From: Cupriavidus necator
GTDB lineage: Bacteria; Pseudomonadota; Gammaproteobacteria; Burkholderiales; Burkholderiaceae
Assembly: GCF_016127575.1 (NCBI RefSeq)
Contig: NZ_CP066018.1
Span: forward strand, 2,700,001 to 2,732,000
DNA length: 32,000 nt
Direction of reading: 5' to 3'
This document shows, in pieces, positions 26,000 to 32,000 of the stretch (position 1 is the stretch's first letter; each line of letters begins with the position of its first letter). The notes under the pieces are model-generated. The model was not told the DNA's origin, made no database searches, and was given only the letters and a program-made list of their open reading frames with translations. The translations under genes and the position numbers were made by a program.

Positions 26000-26287
26000 A
26001 TGACTGAGAGTCCTGCCACCACCTTCTCCCATCAGGCCGACCCGCACAAGCGCGCACGTCTGCGCTGGCGCGCCCGCCGCGGTCTGCTGGAGAACGACAT
26101 CATCGTCGAACGTTTTTTCAACCGTTACGAGGAGAGCCTGTCCGACGAGGACGTGGCTTCGTTGAGCGAGCTGTTCGAACTCAGCGACAACGAGTTGATG
26201 GACCTGCTCCTTGCGCGCAAGGAACTGGACGGTGAGCTCGACACGCCCCCGATGCAGCGAGTGATCACCCTGCTGCGTACGGTCTGA
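26000..26287 (+). CDS. sdhE: FAD assembly factor SdhE (DUF339 family)
   Basis: 95 aa. [23 protein letters not shown] carries the RGxxE motif and the helical pattern of SdhE/YgfY. AGGAAG lies upstream of the ATG. Confidence 0.88.
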   Translation: MTESPATTFSHQADPHKRARLRWRARRGLLENDIIVERFFNRYEESLSDEDVASLSELFELSDNELMDLLLARKELDGELDTPPMQRVITLLRTV

Positions 26288-26330
26288 GTTTTGGTCAACA
26301 TTATTATTCACAGCATTTGAAGGATCCGAC

Positions 26331-27632
26331 ATGACGCCGTCCGATGTGAAAGCCACGCTATCGTTCTCCGATGGTTCCCCCAGCGTTGAGCTGCCGATCT
26401 ACACGGGTACCGTTGGCCCGGACGTAATCGACATTCGCAAGCTGTACGGACAGACCGGTAAGTTCACCTACGACCCCGGTTTCATGTCGACGGCTTCGTG
26501 CAATTCCAAGATCACCTATATCGACGGTGACAAGGGCGAACTGCTGTACCGCGGCTACCCGATCGAGCAACTGGCGCAGAAGTGCGACCACCTCGAAACC
26601 TGCTACCTGCTGCTCAAGGGCGAACTGCCCAACGCCAAGCAGAAGGAAGAATTCGTCGGCCACGTGATGAACCACACCATGGTTCACGAGCAGATGCAGT
26701 TCTTCATGCGCGGCTTCCGCCGCGACGCGCACCCGATGGCCGTGCTGACCGGCATGGTCGGTGCCATGAGCGCGTTCTACCACGACGCGATGGACATCGA
26801 CGATCCGCACCAGCGCGAGATCTCGGCCATCCGCCTGATCGCCAAGATGCCGACCCTGGTCGCCATGGCGTACAAGTACAACATCGGCCAGCCGTACATC
26901 TACCCGCAGAACGACCTGTCCTACTCGGGCAACTTCATGCGCATGATGTTCGGCACGCCGTGCGCCCCGTACACCGTGAACCCGGTGCTGGAGCGCGCGC
27001 TGGACCGCATCTTCATCCTGCACGCAGACCACGAGCAGAACGCGTCGACCTCGACCGTGCGCCTGGCCGGTTCGTCGGGCACCAACCCGTTCGCAGCCAT
27101 TGCCGCCGGCGTGGCCTGCCTGTGGGGCCCGGCCCACGGCGGCGCCAACGAAGCCGCGCTGAAGATGCTGGAAGAAATCGGCAGCGTCGACAACATCAAC
27201 GAGTTCATCAAGCAGGTCAAGGACAAGAACTCGGGCGTGCGCCTGATGGGCTTTGGCCACCGCGTGTACAAGAACTACGATCCGCGCGCCAAGCTGATGC
27301 GCGAAACCTGCCACGAAGTGCTGGAAGAGCTGGGCCTGCACAACGACCCGCTGTTCAAGCTGGCCATGGAGCTGGAAAAGATCGCGCTGGAAGACGAGTA
27401 CTTCGTCAGCCGCAAGCTGTACCCGAACGTGGACTTCTACTCGGGCATCGTCCAGCGCGCGCTGGGCATCCCGACCTCGCTGTTCACCTGCATCTTCGCG
27501 CTGGCCCGCACCCCGGGCTGGATCTCGCAGTGGGAAGAGATGATTACCGATCCGGAATACAAGATCGGTCGTCCGCGTCAGCTGTTCGTTGGCGCAGCTA
27601 CCCGCGACGTGCCGGACGTTGCCAAGCGCTGA
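26331..27632 (+). CDS. gltA: Citrate synthase, type II (hexameric Gram-negative type)
   Basis: 433 aa. [40 protein letters not shown]. Full-length colinearity with GltA. Confidence 0.97.
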   Translation: MTPSDVKATLSFSDGSPSVELPIYTGTVGPDVIDIRKLYGQTGKFTYDPGFMSTASCNSKITYIDGDKGELLYRGYPIEQLAQKCDHLETCYLLLKGELPNAKQKEEFVGHVMNHTMVHEQMQFFMRGFRRDAHPMAVLTGMVGAMSAFYHDAMDIDDPHQREISAIRLIAKMPTLVAMAYKYNIGQPYIYPQNDLSYSGNFMRMMFGTPCAPYTVNPVLERALDRIFILHADHEQNASTSTVRLAGSSGTNPFAAIAAGVACLWGPAHGGANEAALKMLEEIGSVDNINEFIKQVKDKNSGVRLMGFGHRVYKNYDPRAKLMRETCHEVLEELGLHNDPLFKLAMELEKIALEDEYFVSRKLYPNVDFYSGIVQRALGIPTSLFTCIFALARTPGWISQWEEMITDPEYKIGRPRQLFVGAATRDVPDVAKR

Positions 27633-27669
27633 TCGCTGGCTTGTCATCCGGCTGCGCGATGCAGCAATC

Positions 27670-27705
27670 ACAAACGCCCCGGCCCGCCGGGGCGTTTGTG
27701 TTTCT
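27670..27705 (+). terminator. Intrinsic terminator of gltA
   Basis: ACAAACGCCCCGG-cccg-CCGGGGCGTTTGT is followed by GTTTCT. It begins 38 nt after the gltA stop. Confidence 0.8.
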
Positions 27706-28157
27706 GGGCCGGAGTGCCTTGTGCGTCGCAGCAGGGCAGGGAGCAGGAAATTGCCGGATAAGTGGTGAGAACGGCAATTTGCGGAGAATTGTGTCTCAGT
27801 CTGTCAATTCAGTTCCGCATTTGTTGTGCGATTTTCGCCTACGGCAGGAAATTTGACCCTATAATGCGGGCTGCTTTGCCGACGGCAGCCGGGCCACCCT
27901 TCCGGCATGCGGTGCGGCAAGCGGGGCAGGCGAATCGCTTGCGCAATAGAGAACGCATCAAACGTTGTCTTTCCGAACCTTGGTCCCCGTACCTCAGCGG
28001 GACTGACACATGCCGGGCCCCGCATAAGCTGTCTCTCCCTTGCAGGCCCGTCTTCCGCGTCTCGGGCGTCTTTATTCGTAGTCCGCGGGTGTTGTTCGAT
28101 TGCGCAGGTCACACCGTTTCTGCCCGGTTGACCCAAACATAAATCGAGGAGCTCCTG

Positions 28158-29273
28158 ATGACGCTGTCCCGTCTTACGTCCATCTCGCTGGCCGCCGTGC
28201 TGGCCACCCTTGGCGCCGCTGCCAACGCCGAAACCGTGAAGATCGCCATTGCCGGCCCGATGAGCGGCTCGGTGGCGCAGTATGGCGACATGGTCAAGGC
28301 CGGTGCGCTGACCGCGATCGAACAACTCAATGCCAACGGCGGCGCCGGCGGCAACAAGTTCGAAGTGGTGATGATGGACGACGCCTGCGAGCCGAAGCAG
28401 GCCGTGGCAGTTGCCAACAAGATCGTCAGCCAGAACATCAAGTACGTGATCGGCCATGTGTGCTCGGGCTCGACCATCCCGGCTTCGGACATCTACGAGA
28501 ACGAAGGGATCGTCATGGTCACGCCGTCGGCGACCGCACCGCAGCTGACCGAGACCAAGAAGCGCAAGTACATCTTCCGCACCATCGGCCGCGACGACCA
28601 GCAGGGCCCGGCCGCCGCCCAGTACATCATCGGCAAGGTCAAGCCGAAGAAGGTCGCGGTGCTGCACGACAAGCAGTCGTACGGCCAGGGCATCGCCAGC
28701 TCGGTGAAGAAGGACCTGGAAGCCGCCAAGATCCCGGTCGCCGTGTTCGAAGGCATCAACGCCGGCGATTCGGACTACTCCGCCGTCATCACCAAGCTCA
28801 AGTCGCAGGGCGTGGACTTCGTCTACTTCGGCGGCTACCACCCGGAAATGGGCCTGCTGCTGCGCCAGGCGCGCGAGCAGGGCGTGAAGGCCGCGTTCAT
28901 GGGCCCCGAGGGCGTGGGCAACAAGGACGTGACGGCGATCGCCGGCCCGTCCTCGGAAGGCATGCTGGTGACGCTGCCGGCAGACTTCTCGGCCGACCCG
29001 GCCAACGCCGCGCTGGTGAAGGCCTTTGCCGACAAGAAGCGTGACGCCAACGGTCCGTTCCAGATGCCGGCCTATGCCGCCGTCAAGATCATCGGCGACG
29101 CCATTGCCGGCGCCAAGAGCACCGACCCGACCAAGGTCGCGGCGTACATGCACAAGAACGCCTTCACCACCCCGATCGGCAAGGTCGAGTACGACGACAA
29201 GGGCGACCTGAAGTCCTTCAAGTTCGTGGTCTACACCTGGCACAAGGACGCCAGCAAGACGGCCGCCAACTAA
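28158..29273 (+). CDS. livK: Branched-chain amino acid ABC transporter substrate-binding protein (LivJ/LivK/BraC type)
   Basis: 371 aa. Signal peptide MTLSRLTSISLAAVLATLGAAANA. ETVKIAIAGPMSGSVAQYGDMVKAGA...VIGHVCSGSTIPASDIYENEGIVMVTPSATAP is typical of LIV-binding proteins. GAGGAG lies upstream. Confidence 0.93.
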   Translation: MTLSRLTSISLAAVLATLGAAANAETVKIAIAGPMSGSVAQYGDMVKAGALTAIEQLNANGGAGGNKFEVVMMDDACEPKQAVAVANKIVSQNIKYVIGHVCSGSTIPASDIYENEGIVMVTPSATAPQLTETKKRKYIFRTIGRDDQQGPAAAQYIIGKVKPKKVAVLHDKQSYGQGIASSVKKDLEAAKIPVAVFEGINAGDSDYSAVITKLKSQGVDFVYFGGYHPEMGLLLRQAREQGVKAAFMGPEGVGNKDVTAIAGPSSEGMLVTLPADFSADPANAALVKAFADKKRDANGPFQMPAYAAVKIIGDAIAGAKSTDPTKVAAYMHKNAFTTPIGKVEYDDKGDLKSFKFVVYTWHKDASKTAAN

Positions 29274-29293
29274 GCCGGAGCTTTTCCACGCAC

Positions 29294-29322
29294 ACGCCCC
29301 GCCCGGACCCCGGGCGGGGCGT
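29294..29322 (+). other. Hairpin between the binding-protein and permease genes
   Basis: ACGCCCCGCCCGG-acc-CCGGGCGGGGCGT is a perfect 13-bp stem 20 nt after the livK stop. The trailing sequence TCTGGTATC is not U-rich. Confidence 0.5.
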
Positions 29323-29358
29323 TCTGGTATCGGGCTTCAAGTTCCTGAGGCTTCCCCA

Positions 29359-30285
<927 letters not shown>

Positions 30286-30298
30286 AAGAGGACGAGAC

Positions 30299-31582
30299 AT
30301 GACCAACAACGTTTCCGCGATGCCCGCGGGCAAGGCCGCCGCACGCGGCGCCGCACCGGGACAATCGCTCAAGAATGCGATCACGGCCGCCGTGATGACG
30401 GCCATCCTGACCATTCCCATCCTGGGCCTGCAGCTCAAGCTGGAAGGCTACAAGGTCGTGCTGGAGCCGCACTGGCGGCCGGTGTGGATCGCCGTGGCGG
30501 CGGTCTTCCTGTTCCAGCTGTTCAAGCCGCTGCTGTCGCGCGCCGGCAGCGCGGTGCGCCTGCCGGCGGTGCCGCAGCTGGGCGCCCGGCAGCAGCGCGC
30601 GGCGGTATGGATGCTGCTGGCGGTCGGGCTGGTGTGGCCGTTCTTCGGCTCGCGCGGCGCGGTCGACGTGGCCACGCTGGCGCTGATCTACGTGATCCTG
30701 GGCCTGGGCCTGAATATCGTGGTGGGCTATGCCGGCCTGCTCGACCTGGGCTATGTCGGCTTCTACGCCATCGGCGGCTACACCTACGCGCTGCTCAACC
30801 AGTATTTCGGGCTGGGCTTCTGGGAATGCCTGCCGATCGCCGCCGCGATGTCGGCCACCTTCGGCTTCCTGCTGGGTTTCCCGGTGCTGCGTTTGCGCGG
30901 CGACTACCTGGCCATCGTGACACTTGGCTTCGGCGAGATCATCCGCCTGCTGGCCAACAACCTGACCAGCCTGACCGGCGGCCCGGATGGCGTGTCCGGC
31001 ATCCCGAAGCCGACCGTGTTCGGCATCGAGATGGCGCGCAGCGCGAGCGTGGAGGGCGCCAAGACCTTTCATGACCTGCTGGGCTGGGACTACAGCGGCC
31101 AGCACATGGTGATCTTCCTGTACCTGCTGGCGCTGCTGCTGGTGGGCTTCACGCTGTTCGTCACCAGCCGCCTGATCCGCATGCCGATGGGCCGCGCCTG
31201 GGAAGCGCTGCGCGACGACGAGATCGCGTGCCGCTCGCTGGGCCTGAACCCGACCCGCATCAAGCTGTCGGCGTTCACGCTGGGAGCTTCGTTCGCCGGC
31301 ATCGGCGGCGCTTTCTTCGCGGCGCGCCAGGGCCTGGTCAATCCGGAATCGTTCACCTTCATCGAGTCGGCGCTGATCCTCGCCGTGGTGGTGCTGGGCG
31401 GCATGGGTTCGCAGCTGGGCGTGATCCTGGCGGCGATCCTGCTGACGGTGCTGCCCGAGGTGGCGCGCGGTTTTGCCGAATATCGCATGCTGATCTTCGG
31501 CCTGGTGATGGTGCTGATGATGATGTGGCGTCCGCAGGGCCTGCTGCCCGCGAGCCGTCCCCACGTGGAGTTGCCGAAATGA
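30299..31582 (+). CDS. livM: Branched-chain amino acid ABC transporter permease LivM
   Basis: 427 aa from the internal ATG at 30299, with AGAGGA upstream. ...[36 protein letters not shown]... is a LivM hallmark. Confidence 0.93.
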   Translation: MTNNVSAMPAGKAAARGAAPGQSLKNAITAAVMTAILTIPILGLQLKLEGYKVVLEPHWRPVWIAVAAVFLFQLFKPLLSRAGSAVRLPAVPQLGARQQRAAVWMLLAVGLVWPFFGSRGAVDVATLALIYVILGLGLNIVVGYAGLLDLGYVGFYAIGGYTYALLNQYFGLGFWECLPIAAAMSATFGFLLGFPVLRLRGDYLAIVTLGFGEIIRLLANNLTSLTGGPDGVSGIPKPTVFGIEMARSASVEGAKTFHDLLGWDYSGQHMVIFLYLLALLLVGFTLFVTSRLIRMPMGRAWEALRDDEIACRSLGLNPTRIKLSAFTLGASFAGIGGAFFAARQGLVNPESFTFIESALILAVVVLGGMGSQLGVILAAILLTVLPEVARGFAEYRMLIFGLVMVLMMMWRPQGLLPASRPHVELPK

Positions 31583-32000
31583 GCGCGGATTTGCTGAAAG
31601 TCTCCGGCCTGCAGATGCGCTTCGGCGGCTTGCTGGCCGTGGACGGTATTGATTTCAATGTGCGCAGCGACGAGGTCTTCGCCATCATCGGCCCTAATGG
31701 CGCCGGCAAGACCACGGTGTTCAACTGCGTGGGCGGCTTCTACAAGCCCACCGCGGGCGAGGTCACGCTGGACGGCCACGCCATCGCCGGCCTGCCCAGC
31801 CACCAGGTAGCGCGCAAGGGCCTGGTGCGGACCTTCCAGAACATCCGCCTGTTCAAGTCGCTGACGGTGGTGGAAAACCTGCTGGTGGCGCAGCACCGCC
31901 AGGTGCAGGCGGGCATCCTGCGCGGCCTGTTCGCCACGCCGGCCTACCGCCGCGCCGAGCGCGAGGCGCTGGAGCGCGCCGCGGTCTGGCTTGAACGCAT
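31579..32000 (+). CDS. livG: Branched-chain amino acid ABC transporter ATP-binding protein LivG, 5' portion (continues beyond the window)
   Basis: The ATG at 31579 overlaps the livM TGA (ATGA). [62 protein letters not shown] carries Walker A. The frame stays open to the window end, so it is absent from the ORF track. Confidence 0.93.
   Translation, partial: MSADLLKVSGLQMRFGGLLAVDGIDFNVRSDEVFAIIGPNGAGKTTVFNCVGGFYKPTAGEVTLDGHAIAGLPSHQVARKGLVRTFQNIRLFKSLTVVENLLVAQHRQVQAGILRGLFATPAYRRAEREALERAAVWLER

Noticed and set aside
27853-27865. TTGACC immediately followed by TATAAT as a -35/-10 pair
   Set aside because: Only 1 nt separates the hexamers, so they cannot be one promoter. Only the TATAAT is retained as a possible -10, and no good -35 lies 16-18 nt upstream.
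27762-28142. 126-aa plus-strand ORF upstream of livK
   Set aside because: Cys/Arg-rich and not protein-like, with no SD. Its codon third positions lack the strong G/C bias of real genes here.

Overview
High-GC chromosomal window. Gene order and protein sequences look like a Burkholderiales betaproteobacterium of the Cupriavidus/Ralstonia type; this is an inference, no search was run. Most of it is housekeeping. About 14 kb (13.9-27.7 kb) is a TCA-cycle supercluster. On the minus strand it holds acnA, a secreted protein, a PrpC-like citrate synthase, a CitE-like lyase and mdh. On the plus strand it holds a divergent HutC/GntR regulator, sdhCDAB, sdhE and gltA. After it comes a LIV-type branched-chain amino-acid ABC transporter (livK, livH, livM, livG 5' part). 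The left third is more accessory-like: htpG 3' part, a family-6 DNA-deoxyinosine glycosylase, and a coupled pair of PilJ/NarX-P-box-type sensor proteins. It then holds a strip of LysR and MFS gene remnants, a UspA protein, a YoaK/DUF1275 membrane protein, and two spermidine-synthase-like paralogs. Between the paralogs sit a PLP-dependent cysteine-synthase-family gene with one in-frame TAG and a PLDc_N/TPR-like membrane protein. The middle holds an orphan family-5 solute-binding protein, a TrmB-family methyltransferase, a DUF2863-like protein and a 51-aa membrane peptide. I found no tRNA, rRNA, CRISPR, transposase, integrase or recognisable defence or toxin-antitoxin genes, and no clear new multi-gene system. 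The best candidates for undescribed biology are: (1) the soluble 'sensor + bare MCP tip' protein coupled to a secreted tandem-sensor protein; (2) a perfect 20-bp HutC-type palindrome with an extra half-site between mdh and the GntR-sdh operon, next to a TTGACA-17-TACACT promoter that implies a ~315-nt mdh leader; (3) the single in-frame amber codon in an otherwise intact PLP enzyme gene; (4) a ~450-bp non-coding leader upstream of livK. The many long ORFs antisense to real genes are GC-content artefacts.
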